Shown here one piece after another: positions 11,745 to 24,909 of a stretch of 64,000 nt of DNA. A model generated the notes under the pieces. It was not told the DNA's origin. It saw only the letters and a list, made by a program, of their open reading frames with translations, and did no database searches. The position numbers and the translations under genes are program-made. Source of the DNA: Mobula hypostoma (lineage: Eukaryota); the NCBI RefSeq assembly GCF_963921235.1, contig NC_086097.1, positions 7,936,001-8,000,000 of the forward strand, written 5' to 3'. Position 1 is the first letter of the stretch. Each line of letters opens with the position of its first letter.

Positions 11745-12343
11745 CCTCTTGCAAGACTTGCAGAAGGTTAACTTACAGGTTCAGCCTGTGGTAAAGAAGG
11801 CAAATGCAAAGTTGGCATTCATTTCAAAGTGAATAGAATATTAAAGCAAGGAGATAATGCTGAGGCTTTATAAGACCACAGTTACAGTATTGTCAACATT
11901 TTTGGGCCCCGTATTTCAAAAAGGATGTGTCATTGGAGAGGATCCAGGGGAGGCTGGAGGGGCTTTTGGCAGCTTCAGACCTGTAATCACAGGAATTCAG
12001 AAGAATACGGGGGGGGGGGGTGATCCCATTGAAACCTACCAAATGTTGAAAAGACTAGATAAGGTGGATGTGGAGAGGATGTTTCCTAAGGTGGGGGTGT
12101 CCATAACTAGGGGCAGAGCCTCAAAATTGAGGGAGGACCCTTTAGAACAGAGCTAATGAGGAATTTTTTTAGCCAGAGAGTGGTGAATCTGTGGAATGCT
12201 CTGCCACAGACAACTGTGGTCAGGGCATCAAACGTTATGGCAAGAACGCAGATGTATGGGGATCCAAGATCAACCATGATGGAATGATGGAGCAGACTAA
12301 ATGGGCTGAATGGCCTAATTCTGCCACTATGTCTTATGGTCTT
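11745..12343 (+). mobile_element. CR1 LINE 3' end
   Basis: MLRLYK..IETYQMLKRLDKVDVERMFP, followed by a 3' UTR ending GGCCTAATTCTGCC..TATGTCTTATGGTCTT. Confidence 0.85.
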
Positions 12344-12714
12344 TTAATTTCACAATTTTCCTCAAAGAAGTAGTGTAAATGAACATAGTTATTTGTTTAT
12401 AAAGACAAAACACATGCAAAATTTCAAAGCCATACTCTCCTCTAAACTCTGAGTGGAAAAAAAATATGGAACATCTTGTCATGTTAAGGGCTAGTCTTGA
12501 TGGGAGCTGACAACTATAACTTTCAGAGCTCATGCAAAGTGAACTCGGGCTGGAAGATTCATCTATCTGATGCTTGTAATCTCAGAAGATCAATTTATTT
12601 TAAAAGAGCAGAGCCTGTTGCTGGCTGTCTCCCCAGCAGGATATCCCAAGTAGTGGAGAAACAAGAGACTGTAGATGCTGAAATCTGGAGCAACAGACAG
12701 TCTATTTATTATTA

Positions 12715-15290
12715 AACATGAGAGATTCTGCAGATGCTGGAAATCTAGAGCAGCACACACAAAATACTGGAGCAACTCAACAAGTCAGGCAGCATCTATG
12801 GAAAAAAATAAACCATTGACTTTTCGGGCTGAGACCATTCATCAGGAATGGAAAGAAAGGGGGGAGATACTTGAATAAAAAGCTGGGGAGAGGGGCAGGA
12901 GAATAGCTAGAAGATGATAGGTGACGCCAGGTGGGTGTTAGAGATAAAGGGCTGGAGAGGAAGCAATCTGATAGGAGAGGAGAGTGGACCATAGGAGGAA
13001 GGGAAAGAGGAGGGGCACCAGGGGGAGTTAATAAACAGGTGAGAAGAGAAACATAGAAACATAGAAAATAGGTGCAGGAGTAGGCCATTCAGCCCTTCGA
13101 GCCTGCACCGCCATTCAGTATGATCATGGCTGATCATCCAACTCAGAACCCTGCACCAGCCTTCCCTCCATACCCCCTGATCCCTTTAGCCACAAGGGTC
13201 ATATCTAACTCCCTCTTAAATATAGCCAATGAACTGGCCTCAACTGTTTCCTGCGGCAGAGAATTCCACAGATTCACCACTCTCTGTGTGAAAAAGGTTT
13301 TCCTAATCTCGGTCCTAAAAGGTTTCCCTTTTATCCTCAAACTGTGACCCCTCGTTCTGGACTTCCCCAACATTCGGGAACAATCAGATCCCCCCTCAAT
13401 CTTCTAAATTCCAACGAGTATAAGCCTAGTTCATCCAGTCTTAGCCTAGTTCATCCAGTCTTTCATCATATGAAAGTCCTGCCATCCCAGGAATCAATTT
13501 GGTGAACCTTCTTTGTACTCCCTCTATGACAAGGATGTCTTTCCTCAGATTAGGGGATCAAAACTGCACACAATACTCCAGGTGTGCTCTCACCAAGGCC
13601 TTGTACAACTGCAGTAGTACCTCCCTGCTCCTGTACTCGAATCCTCTTGCTATAAATGCCAGCATACCATTCGCCTATTTCACCACCTGCTGTACCTGCA
13701 AGCCCACTTTCAATGACTGGTGTATAATGACACCCAGGTCTTGTTGCACTTCCCCTTTTCCTAATCGGCCACCATTCAGATAATAATCTGTTTTCCTGTT
13801 TTTGCCACCAAAGTGGATAACTTCACATTTACCCACATTAAATTGCATCTGCCATGAATTTGCCCAGTCACCTAACCTATCCAAGTCACCCTGCATCCTC
13901 TTAGCATCCTCCTCACAGCTAACACTGCCGCCCAGCTTCGTGTCATCCGCAAACTTGGAGATGCTGCATTTTATTCCCTCATCCAAGTCATTAATATATA
14001 TTGTAAACAACTGGGGTCCCAGCACTGAGCCTTGCGGTACCCCACTAGTCATTGCCTGCCATTCTGAAAAGGTCCCGTTTATTCCCACTCTTTACTTCCT
14101 GTCTGCCAACCAATTCTCTATCCACATCAATACCTTACCCCCAATACCGTGTGCTTTAAGTTTGCACACTAATCTCCTGTGTGGGACCTTGTCAAAAGCC
14201 TTTTGAAAATCCAAATATACCACATCCACTGGTTCTCCCCTATCCACTCTACTAGTTACATCCTCAGAAAATTCTATGAGATTCGTCAGACATGATTTTC
14301 CTTTCACAAATCCATGCTGACTTTGTCCGATGATTTCACCGCTTTCCAAATGTGCTGTTATCACATCTTTGATAACTGACTCTAGCAGTTTCCCCACCAC
14401 CGATGTTAGGCTAACCGGTCTATAATTCCCTGGTTTCTCTCTCCCTCCTTTATTAAAAAGTGAGGTTACATTAGCCACCCTCCAATGCTCAGCAACTAGT
14501 CCAGAATCTAAAGAGATTTGAAAAATTATCACTAATGCACCCACTATTTCTTGGGCTAACTCCTTAAGCACTCTGGGATGCAGACCATCTGGCCCTGGGG
14601 ATTTATCTGCCTTTAATCCCTTCAATTTACCTAACACCACTTCCCTACTAACATGTATTTCCCTCAGTTCCTCCATCTCACTGGACCCTCTGTCCCCTAC
14701 TATTTCCGGAAGATTATTTATGTCCTCCTTAATGAAAACAGAACCAAAGTAATTATTCAATTGGTCTGCCATGTCCTTGCTCCCCATAATCAATTCACCT
14801 GTTTCTGTCTGTAGGGGACCTACATTTGTCTTAATCAATCTTTTTCTTTTCACATATCTATAAAAGCTTTTACAGTCAGTTTTTATGTTCCCTGCCAGTT
14901 TTCTCTCACAATCTTTTCTCCCCTTCCTAATTAAGCCCTTTGTCCTCCTCTGCTGAACTCTGAATTTCTCCCAGTCCTCAGGTGAGCCACTTTTTCTGGC
15001 TAATTTGTATGCTTCTTCTTTGGAATTGATACTATCCCTAATTTCCCTTGTCAGCCGCGGGTGCACTACCCTTCCTTGATTTATTCTTTTGCCAAACTGG
15101 GATGAGCAATTGTTGTAGTTCATCCATGCGATCTTTAAATGCTTGCCAAGAGGTAAGAGGCAAGAGTGAGGAATGGAAGAAAAGGGAAGGGGAGGGAATT
15201 ATTTTTACCGGAAGGAGTAATCAATGTTCATGCCATCAAGTTGAAGGCTACCCAGACAAAATATAGGATGTTGTTCCCCCAACCCGAGTA
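12715..15290 (-). mobile_element. PLE 3' fragment (12715-13048 and 15148-15290) split by a young CR1
   Basis: PLE terminus, decayed hammerhead and UTR on the left. The GIY-YIG C-terminal remnant (TCAATGTTCATGCCATCAAGTTG) is on the right. Confidence 0.8.
13049..15147 (-). mobile_element. Young 5'-truncated CR1 LINE (RT domain)
   Basis: ORFs 14092-15123 and 13675-14088 (GVPQGSVLGP, KFADDTKLGG) are in frame across one stop. Tail is (TTCTATGT)n. 5-bp direct repeat AAGAG at 13044-13048 and 15148-15152. Confidence 0.95.
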
Positions 15291-15299
15291 AGTAAATAA

Positions 15300-15562
15300 A
15301 TCTATTTATATATTTATTTGGAAATACAGCTCAGATCAGGCCCTTCCACTCTTCGAGCCGTGGCATCCCAGCAACCCCTGACAACCCCAGTTTCACCCTT
15401 ACCTAATCACAGGACAATTTACAATGACCAATTAACCTACCCGATATGTCTTTAGACTGTGGGATGAAAGCAGAGGTTCCTTAGAGGAGATACTGGGATT
15501 GAACTCCAAACTCGGGAACACGTCCCCAAGCTGTAATAGCGTTATGCTCACTGCTATGCTGC
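15300..15562 (-). mobile_element. V-SINE-like SINE
   Basis: Reverse tail (CCTAATCACAGGACAATTTACAATGACCAATTAACC) and GATTGAACTCC. Confidence 0.75.
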
Positions 15563-15654
15563 ACAGCTCACTCAGTTCCTCTAACAGATTGTTTAATTAC
15601 TCTAGTTTACTTACCACTTAGCAAGCATTTTCCAGAATCTAGCAGTTGCTGCAA

Positions 15655-16405
15655 CCCTCAGCATTGTCAGCTCTATAAAACTCTCGTTAGACCACAATCG
15701 GAGTGTTGTGTTCTATTCTGGTTGCCTCATTATAGGAACGATGTGGAAGCTTTGGAGAAAGTGCAAAGGAGATTTACAAGTATGCTGCCTAGATTGGACA
15801 GCATGTCTTACGAGGAAAGGTTGAGTGAGCTGAGGCTTGATATCATGAATTGATAGATGTGTGTAAGATGATAATAGGCATTGATACATTCACAGAACTA
15901 TATAACACTTTGCCGCAGCAAAGCGGCATCCATCATCGGGGACCCCCACCAACCTGTACATGCTCTTTTCTCACTGCTGACATCTGGAAGAAGGTACAGG
16001 AGCCTCAGAACTCACACCATAAGGTTTAGGAATAGTTATTGTCCCTCAACCATCAAGCTCTTGAACCAGAAGGGATAACTTCTCTCAACTTCACACATCC
16101 CATTACTGTTCACACAACCTATGGACTCAGTTTCAAGGACTTTTCATCTTATGTTCTTGATATTTATTGTTCATTTATTACTATCATTTTTTTCTTCATT
16201 ATTATTTTTTTTCATTTTGTATTTGCAGTTTGTTGTCTTTTGCACACTGCTTGAATGACCGAAATGGTGTGGTCTTTCATTGAATCTATTATGGTTATTA
16301 TTCTATTATGGATTTCTTGAGTATGCCTGCAAGAAAATGAATCTCAGGGTTATATATAGTGACATATATGCACTTTAATAATTAAGTTACCTTGAACTTG
16401 AACTT
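15655..16405 (+). mobile_element. CR1 fragment (to about 15885) followed by Rex1/Babar-type LINE 3' end
   Basis: KAASIIGDPHQPVHALFSLLTSGRRYRSLRTHT..FRNSY is the same C-terminus as the 51620-54701 element. Tail is (CTTGAA)n. Confidence 0.75.
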
Positions 16406-16707
16406 TTAATAGAGTGGACAGCCAGAGCATTTTTTGCAGATTAAAAATGGCTAATATACGAGATGGCATCATTTTAAGATGATTAGATGAATGTATGGGG
16501 GAGGGGGGAATGTTATATGTAAAAGTGGCATGCTTTTGTGCTTCTGTCTGCATCTTTTGATGCTCAGACTAATCAAGAACATGTCAAACTGTAGTTTAAA
16601 TATACCCAATCATAAACACAAAATAATCTACGGATGCTGGGATCAAAGCAACACTCACAACATGCTGGAGGAACTCAGCAGGTTAGGCAGCATCCGTGGA
16701 AATGATG

Positions 16708-16744
16708 AGTCGAAGTTTCAGACCGGAACCCTTCGTCAGGACTG
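16708..16744 (-). ncRNA. Minimal hammerhead ribozyme motif (slightly mutated)
   Basis: Minus strand reads CAGTC-CTGACGA-AGGGTTCCGGTCT-GAAAC-TTC-GACTC. Confidence 0.6.
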
Positions 16745-18242
16745 AAGAGGGAAGAGGCAGAGGCCCTATAAAGAAGGTGGGGGAGGGTTGAAAGTAGAAG
16801 GCTGGTAGGTTCAGTTCAAAACCCAGTAATTTGAAAGACAAAGGGGTGGGGGAGGGGAAGCAGGGAGGTGATAGGCAGGAAAACACAATGGGTAGTAGAA
16901 GGAGGTAGAACCATGAGGGAGGTGATAGGCAGCTGGGGAAGGGGGCAGAGTGAAATAGGGATAGGGGAAGGGAGGGGGAGGGAATTACCAGAAGTTGGAG
17001 AATTCTGTCTTCATACCAAGGGGCTGGAGACTACCTAGACGGTATATGAGGTGTTGCTTCTCCAACCTGAGTTTAGCCTCATCATGGCAGTAGACGAGAC
17101 CATGTATGGACATATTTGAATGGGAATGTGAAGCAGAGTTGAAGTGGGTGGCTACTGGGCGATCCTGTCTGTTGTGGCAGACAGAGCAGAGGTGCTCGAC
17201 ACAGCGGTCCCCCAATCTGCGTCGGGTTTCACCGATGTAGAGGAGGCCGCACCGGGAGCACCGGATGCAATAGATGACCCCAACAGACTCACAAGTGAAG
17301 TGTTGCCTCACCTGGAAGGACCGTTTGGGGCCCTGAATGGTGGCAAGAGAGGAAGTGTAGGGACAGGTGTAGCACTTACGCTTACAGGGATAAGTGCCAG
17401 GTGGGAGATCCATGGGGAGGGACGTGTGGATCCGCCCTTATCCAACACATTATCCTCCGCAACTTCCGCCGCCTTCAACAGGACCCCACCACTAAGCATA
17501 TTTTTCCCTCTCCACCCCTCTCCGCTTTCCACAGGGATCGATCTCAGCGACTCCCTTATCCACACGTCCCTCCCCACGGATCTCCCACCTGGCACTTATC
17601 CCTGTAAGCGTAAGTGCTACACCTGTCCTTACACCTCCTCTCTTGCCACCAATCAGGGCCCCAAACAGTCCTTCCAGGTGAGGCAACACTTCACTTGTGA
17701 GTCTGTTGGGGTCATCTATTGCATCCGGTGCTCCCGGTGCGGCCTCCTCTACATCGGTGAAACCCGAAGCAGATTGGAGGACCGCTTCGTCGAGCACCCC
17801 CACTCTGTCCGCCACAACAGACAGGATCTCCCAGTAGCCACCCACTTCAACTCTGCTTCCCACTCCCATTCAGATATGCCCATATATGGCCTCCTCTACT
17901 GCCATGATGAGGCTAAACTCAGGTTGGAGCAGCAACACCTCATATACCGTCTAGGTAGTCTCCAGCCCCTTGGTATGAACATAGAATTCTTCAACTTCCG
18001 TTAATTCCCTCTCCCTCCCTTCCTCTATCCCTATTTCACTCTGCCCCCTCCCCCAGCTGCCTATCACCTCCCTCATGGTTCCGTCTCCTTCTACTACCCA
18101 TTGTTTTCCTGCCTATCACCTCCCTGCTTCCCCTCCCCTACCCCTTTGTCTTTCAAGTTACTGGTTTTTCAACTGAACCTACCAGCCTTCTCCTTCCCAC
18201 CCTCCCCCCACCTTCTTTATAGGGCCTCTGCCCTTCCCTCTT

Positions 18243-18280
18243 CAGTCCTGAGGAAGGGTTCCGGCCCGAAACGTCAACTC
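18243..18280 (+). ncRNA. Minimal hammerhead ribozyme motif
   Basis: CAGTC-CTGAGGA-AGGGTTCCGGCCC-GAAAC-GTC-AACTC. Core is intact, with a mismatch at the first stem I pair. Confidence 0.65.
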
Positions 18281-18720
18281 ATCATTTCCACGGATGCTGC
18301 CTGACCTGCTGAGTTCCTCCAGCGTGTTGTGAGCGTTAAATATACCCAATGCCTTGCCCTCCACAGCCATCAATGGCAAAGAATTTCACAGATTCACCAC
18401 CCTCTGACTGAAGAAGTTTCTCCTCATCTCTGTTGTAAATGGATGTCCTTCAATTCTGAGGCTGTGTCCTCTGATCCAAGTCACTCCACATCCATTCTTT
18501 CTTGGCCTATCTTCCAGTGATATTGCCTTCTCTTCATCTTGTAACCTTTCCTAGTCTCAGCTCATTCCCAGATTTCTTATTCTTATTTTTCTCCATTTTA
18601 TATGAATGGATCCTTGGTGTAATCCAATTAAGAAGGCCTGCAAAATTAGCCACTTTGAATGTACCCTTGCACTCCAGTGAGTGTAGGCCGCTGGTGTTCT
18701 GTGGTATTGTGTTACCTGTA

Positions 18721-19312
18721 TTCCACTTCCAATTGGAGCACCACTTACAAAAAAGTGAATAATCTTCATACCTCACTGAGTGCACAAAATTGAGCTGCCA
18801 CTTAAGAAACACTTAAGGAACAGAGAGAAAAAATAAAGAGATTTTTCTTTTACTTTCAGTGGAACTAGAATTGGCTTAGGGTCATAAAATAGATACTGCC
18901 TATTTTTCCGTGATGAAATCCTCTACATCTTCACAGCAGCAGAATTGACAGGGCTCTCTAACCAGCTGTGGGGTATGTTAACATACATAAAGTGGAATAA
19001 AGGTAATGAATAATGAAAATCACTCGAGGCTTTCAACTGAAGAAAAGACAGCTTTATGACACCAGTAGATTTTGGCTTCACCAAAAGCCTTCTTCATTGT
19101 GGTCATGTGGGCAGAAATTTTTTCTGTAACCTGCACTTTACATATGCTTTTCTCTTTTTTCCATCATTGATGTAAAACTCTAGCTGGGCTGAATGATGCC
19201 CTGCTGTGACCTAGTCTTCCACTTCCATTTGGAGCACCACTTATAAAAAGTGAATAATCTTTATAGCTCACTGAGTGCACAAAGTTGCACCTCTCCCTAA
19301 AGAACATAGGAA
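18721..19312 (+). repeat. Diverged tandem duplication of non-TE-like DNA, period about 496 bp
   Basis: TTCCACTTCCA.TTGGAGCACCACTTA.AAAAA..GTGAATAATCTT.ATA.CTCACTGAGTGCACAAA occurs at 18721 and 19217. The second unit continues at about 24328. Confidence 0.85.
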
Positions 19313-19424
19313 GGCACTAACCTCCGTAGTATCTAAGACATCTTCAAGGAATGATGTATCAAAAAAAAGGGGGGGGGAGGTGTTCATCATTAAGGACCCT
19401 GATCACCCAGGACATGCCTTCTTA

Positions 19425-22400
19425 GACCATAGGACATAGAATCAGAACCAGTCCATTCAGCTCCACCACTCCATCATGGCCGATTCCGGATCCCACTCAA
19501 ACCCATACACCTGCCTTCTTGCCTCATCCTTTAATGCCCTGACCGATCAGGAAATAATCAACTTCCGCCTTAAATTTATGCACAGACATAGCTTCCAGCG
19601 TAGTCTGTGGCAGAGCATTCCGCAGATTAACTACTCCCTGGCTAAAAAATTCCTCCTTACCTGTGTTCTAAAGGGTCACCCCCTAATTTTTGAGGTTATG
19701 TCCTCTAGTTCTGAGTACACCCACCATAGGAAACATCTTCTCCACATCCACCCAGTCTAGTTCTTTCAACATTCGGTAGGTTTCCATAAGACGATATGAC
19801 ATAGGAGCAGAATGAGGCCAACTGGCAAATTGAGTCAGCTCCGTCATTCAGTCATGGTTGATCCTTCGTTTTCTCTCCTCCTCAATCACAGTTCCCGGCC
19901 ATCTCCCCATAACCTTTGATGCCATGTCCAATCAAGAATCTATCAATCTCTGCCTTAAATACACCCAACGACCTGGCCTCTACAGCTGCATGTGGTAACA
20001 AATTCCACAAATTCACCATCCTTTGGTGAAAGAAATTTCTCCGATTCTCTGTTTTGAAAGGGCACCCCTTTATCCTGAGGCTGTGCCCTCTTGTCCTAGA
20101 CTCTCCCATCATGGGAAACATCTTTTCCACATCTACTCTGTCCAGGCCTTTCAATATCTGAAAGGCTTCAATGAGGTCCCCCCATCATCCTTCTGAATTC
20201 CAGTGAGTACAGACCAAGAGCCATCAAAGGTTCTTCGTATGATAACCCTTTCATTCCTCGAATCATCCTTGTGAACCTCCTCTGGACCCTCTCCTATGCC
20301 AGCACGTCTTTTCTAAGGTGAAGGGCCCAAAACTGTTCACAATATTCAAAGTGAGGCCTCACCAGTGCCTCATAAAGCCTCAGCATTACATCCTTGCTCT
20401 TGTATTCTAGACCTCTTGAAATGAATGCTAACATTGCATTTGCCTTCCTCACCACCAACCTTTAACCTTCAGGGTGTTCTGCACAAGGACTCCAAAGTCC
20501 TTCTGGATCTCAGATTCCTGGATTTTCTTCCAATTAATAAAATAGTCCACACATTTATTTCTACTACCAAAATGCATGACCATGCATTTTCCAGCATTGT
20601 ATTTCATTTGTCACTTACTTATCCATTCTCCTGATCTGTCTCAGTCCTTCTGCATCTAAGTCCTTCCTCAACACTACCTGTCCCTCCACCAATCGTCGTA
20701 TCATCTGCAAAGTTGGCAACAGAGCCATCTATTCCATCATCTAAATTATTGATATACAACATAAAAAGAGGTGGTCCCAACACCAACCCCTACAGAACAC
20801 CACTAATCACTGGCAGCCAACCAGGAAAGGGTCCTTTTATTCCCACTCACTGCCTTCTACCAATCAGCCAATGCTCTAACCATGTTAGTAACTTTCCTAT
20901 TATACCACAGGCTCTTAACTTGGTAAGCAACCTCGTGTGGAACCTTGTCAAAGGCCTTCTGAAAATCCAAATATACAACATCCACTGCATCCCCTTCCTA
21001 CTTGTAATGTCCTCAAAGAATGCCAATAGGTTCGTCAGACAGGACTTTTCCTGACGGAAACCATGCTGACTTTGTACTATCTTGTCTTGTGTCACCAAGT
21101 ACTCCATCACCTCATCCTTAACAATTGACTCTAACATCTTCCCGACCACTGAGGTCAGTCTAACTGGTTTATAGTTTCTTTTCTACTGCCTTCCTCCTTT
21201 CTTAAAGGGTGGAGTGACATCTCAAAGAGAATCCCCACATTCTTCTAAGTTCCAGTGAGTACAGGTCCAAAGCTGCCAAACGCTCCTCATATGTTAACCC
21301 TTTCATTCCCAGAATCATCCTCATGAACATACTCTGGACTCTCTCCACTGACAACACATCCTTTCCGAGATATGGGGCCCAAAACCGTTGACAATACTCC
21401 AAGTGTGGCATGGCTAGTGTCTAATAAGGGTTCTGTATTATCTCCTTGCCTTGATATAATATTCCCCTTGAAATAAATGCCAACATTGTATTTGCTTTCT
21501 TTACCACAGACTCAAACTGTAAACTTACCTGCTGGGAGTCTTGCATGAGGACTCCTAAGACCCTCTGCACCTCTGATGTTTGAACCTTCGCCCCATTTAG
21601 ATAATGGTCTATACTATTGTTCCTTTTACTAAAAAGAATTATCATACATTTCCCAACCTTGTATTCCATCTGCTACTTTTTTGTCCATTCTTTCAATTTG
21701 TCCAAGTCCTGTTGCAATTTGCTTCCTCCACCTACCTTCATATCATCTGCAAACTCTGTCACAAAAGCCATCAATTCCATTATCTAAATCATTGACAAAC
21801 AATATGAAAAGCAGCAGTCCCAATACTAACCTCTACGGAGCACCACTAATCACCAGCGGACAAGCAGACAAAGTTCCTTTTATTTCCACTCGCTGCCCCC
21901 TGCCTGTCAGCCATTCCTCTATCCTTGTCAGTATCTTTTCTGTAATGCCATAGAATTTTATCCTGTTAAGCACCCTCATGTGTGGCACCTTATCAAACGC
22001 CTTCTCAAAATCCGAGTAAATGACATCCACTGCATCTCCGTTGTCCACCCTGCTTGTTACTTCCTCAAAGAACCCTTAACCGATTTGTCAGGCAAGATTT
22101 CCCTTCACAGAAACCATGCTGACTTTGACTTATTTTATCATTAGTCTCCATGTACCCTGAAACCTCATCCTTAATAATAGACTCCAATACTTTCTCAAGC
22201 ACTGAGGTTAGGCTAATTAGCCTATAATTTCTTCCTTTTGCCTTCCACCCTTAAAAAGTGGAGTGAGATTTACAACCTTCCAGTCCTCCGGGACCTTGCC
22301 AGAATCAAGTGATTCTTGAAAGATCATGACCAAAGCATCCATTATCTCTTCAGCGACCTCTCTCAGGACTCTGGGATTCAGTCCACCTGGCCCAGCTGAC

Positions 22401-24265
22401 CTATCCAACTTAAGCCCTTTGAGTTTGCCTAGCACTTTTGCCTTTGTAATACCAATGCCACAGCCTCAAATTCCCTGACACTGATGTACTGCTGGCATAG
22501 TGAAGACTGATACAAAGTACCCATTAAGTTCATCTGCTATTTCTTTATCCCCCATTACTACCTCATTAGCATCATTTTCCAGTGGTTTAAAATCAACTCT
22601 CACTTCCCTTTTACTCTTTATATAACTGAAAAAACTTTTGGTATCCTGCTTTATATTACTGGCTAATCTTCCCTGATATTTCATCTTTTCCCTTCTTATT
22701 GTTTTTCAGTTGCCTTTTGTTGCATTTTAAAAGCTTCCCAATCATCCAACTTCCCACTCACTTTTTCTACCTTATATGACCTTTCCTTGGCTTTAATGTC
22801 GGCCTTATCTTCCTTTGTCAGCCACGGTTGTCTAACCCTGCCATATGAGAACTTCTTCCTCTGTGGGACATATCTATCCTACTACACCTTGTGAACTATT
22901 CCCAGAAACTTTAGCCATCCTTGCTCTGCTATCATCCCTGCCAGTATCCTCTTCCAATCCACTTGGGCAAGCTCCTCTCTCATGCCTCTTTAATCCCCTT
23001 TATTCCATTTTGATACTGATACATGTGAGTTATGCTTCTCCCTCTCAAACTGCAGTATGAATTCAATCATATTATGATCACTGCCTCGTAAGGATTCCTG
23101 TACGTTAATCTCCCTAATCAGATCTGGATTATTACACAACACCCAATCTAAGATAGATCCTGAGTAGGCACAATAACAAGCTGCTCTAAAAAGCCGTCTT
23201 GTAGGCATTGAACAAATTCACTCTCTTGTGATCCAACACCAAACTGATTTACCCAATCCCTTTGCATATTGAAGTCCCCTATTACAATTGTATCATTACC
23301 CTTATTACATGCCTTTTCCAGCTTCCTTTGCAATCTCAAAACTACATCTTGGTACTATTTAGAGGCCTTTATATGATTCACATAATTTTTTTTTACCCTT
23401 GCAATTTCTTAACTCCACCCACAAAGATTCAGAATTCTTTGACCCTATGCCACCTCTTTCTATAGATGTAATTCCATCTCTTACCAACAGAGCCACATCA
23501 CCACCTATGCCTTCCTGCCTGTCCTTTCAGTACAAAGTATATCCTTTGATGTTAAGCTCCCAACTACGGCCTTCTTTCAGCCGCAACTCAGTGATGCCCA
23601 CAATGTTATACTGACCAACTTCTAATTGTGCCATGAGTTCATCCACCTTATTCCAAATGCTACGCGTATTTAAATACAACACCTTCAGTCCTGCGTTCTT
23701 CACCCTTTTGAATTTTTCCTCTGTAGTTCAACTTAACTCTTTGCTCTGTCTTCATTTGTGCCCAATCATTGGCTTGTCCTTCCTTACATTCAGGTTACAC
23801 CCATCATCTACTTGTAAACCTGCTGGCTCATCCTCAGCTCTGTCATACTGGTTCCTTTTCCCTGCCAAATTAGTTTAAACCGCTCCCAACAGCTCCAGTA
23901 AATCTGCCTCAGATTGAAGTGTAACTTGTCTCTTTTGTACAGGTCCCACCTGCCCCAAAAGAGGTGCCAATGATCCAGAAATCTGAATCCCTGCCCCCGG
24001 CTTCAATTCTTCAGCCATGGATTTATCTACCATCTCATTCTATTCCTATCCTCACTGTCGCGTGGCACAGACAGCAATCCTGAGGTTACTTTCTTTGAGG
24101 TCCTGCTTCTCGGCTTCCTTCCAATCTCCCTGTATTCTATTTTCAGGGCCTCCTCCCTTTTTCTACCTATGTCGTTGGTACCAACATGTACCATGACTTC
24201 TGGCTGCTCACCTTTCTTTGTCAGGATGTTGTGGACACATCCAGAAACGTCTTTGTACTGCTGCC
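19425..24265 (-). mobile_element. Long decayed CR1 LINE (ORF1 esterase end, ORF2 APE-RT, 3' UTR) interrupted by another CR1
   Basis: Esterase block VHVGTNDIG (24027-24278), APE motifs IVIGDFN and LDWVLCN..GSDHNMIEF (22990-23339), RT DFEKAFDKVPH (21833-22048), and 3' UTR at 19425-19785. Confidence 0.9.
19786..21221 (-). mobile_element. CR1 LINE nested inside the previous CR1
   Basis: Has its own 3' tail at about 19786 and RT fragments (19882-20154, 20847-21149). Host sequence resumes at about 21222. Same subfamily as 35457-37200. Confidence 0.88.
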
Positions 24266-24909
24266 ACAAAGTTAACAAATGTCACAATATGTGCTGGTGA
24301 TATTAAACCTGATTCTGATTTTGAATTTTTTTTTAACTTTCAGTGGAACCAGGGTCATAAAAACAGACACTCCCATGATGATTTTGTAGAGACATCTTGG
24401 AAACAAAACTTGCAAGGAATCAGACTTTCCTTCTAACTTGCGAGTCAATCTCATTTTGTCCCTTTCAATCCAGGATGGATTGGCAGGGAGTTGGGTTGGA
24501 GTAATTTTAACATTCCACAAGTATACTTAATGCATACAGTATGTGACCTTAAGTCTCAGGGGAAATGACTAAATAAACTGGGAGAGTAAGCATATGGAGG
24601 AGTTCTCCTCCCTCTGATTCAAATGAGCAGAGGTTAGTGCAGTAGGTAACCTTTTTCCTTCAATCATCTTTTGAAGTATTTTGCCTGTAAAAAATAGTTA
24701 AGAATTAGCAAAGTTTAAACTTCACCATTGTGAAGCTGCCCTTTACTTAAAGACATAAATTGAAATGAAATTTCACGTATGCACTTGTCATTTGATGTAT
24801 CTGCTTTTACTGGATTTGAATTATGTGAAAAATGTTGCCTTGGTTACACAGATCCCAATCTATACCAAAACAAACTCAATTTAATTCTTCTAGCATTGAT
24901 TCAAATTAG

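Larger units (their letters stand above)
16611..18335. mobile_element. Fold-back (inverted) PLE insertion with two GIY-YIG-bearing arms
   Basis: Left arm (about 16650-17431, minus) is the reverse complement of about 17558-18335 (plus). ORFs 16985-17413(-) and 17144-18004(+) both contain GVIYCIRCSRCGLLYIGET. Direct repeat TTAAATATACCCAAT at 16596-16610 and 18336-18350. Confidence 0.95.

Noticed and set aside
17144..18004. 286-aa ORF as a novel host GIY-YIG gene
   Set aside because: Its N-terminal part is the antisense of the inverted PLE arm read through the fold-back junction. Only the C-terminal part is real PLE endonuclease sequence.
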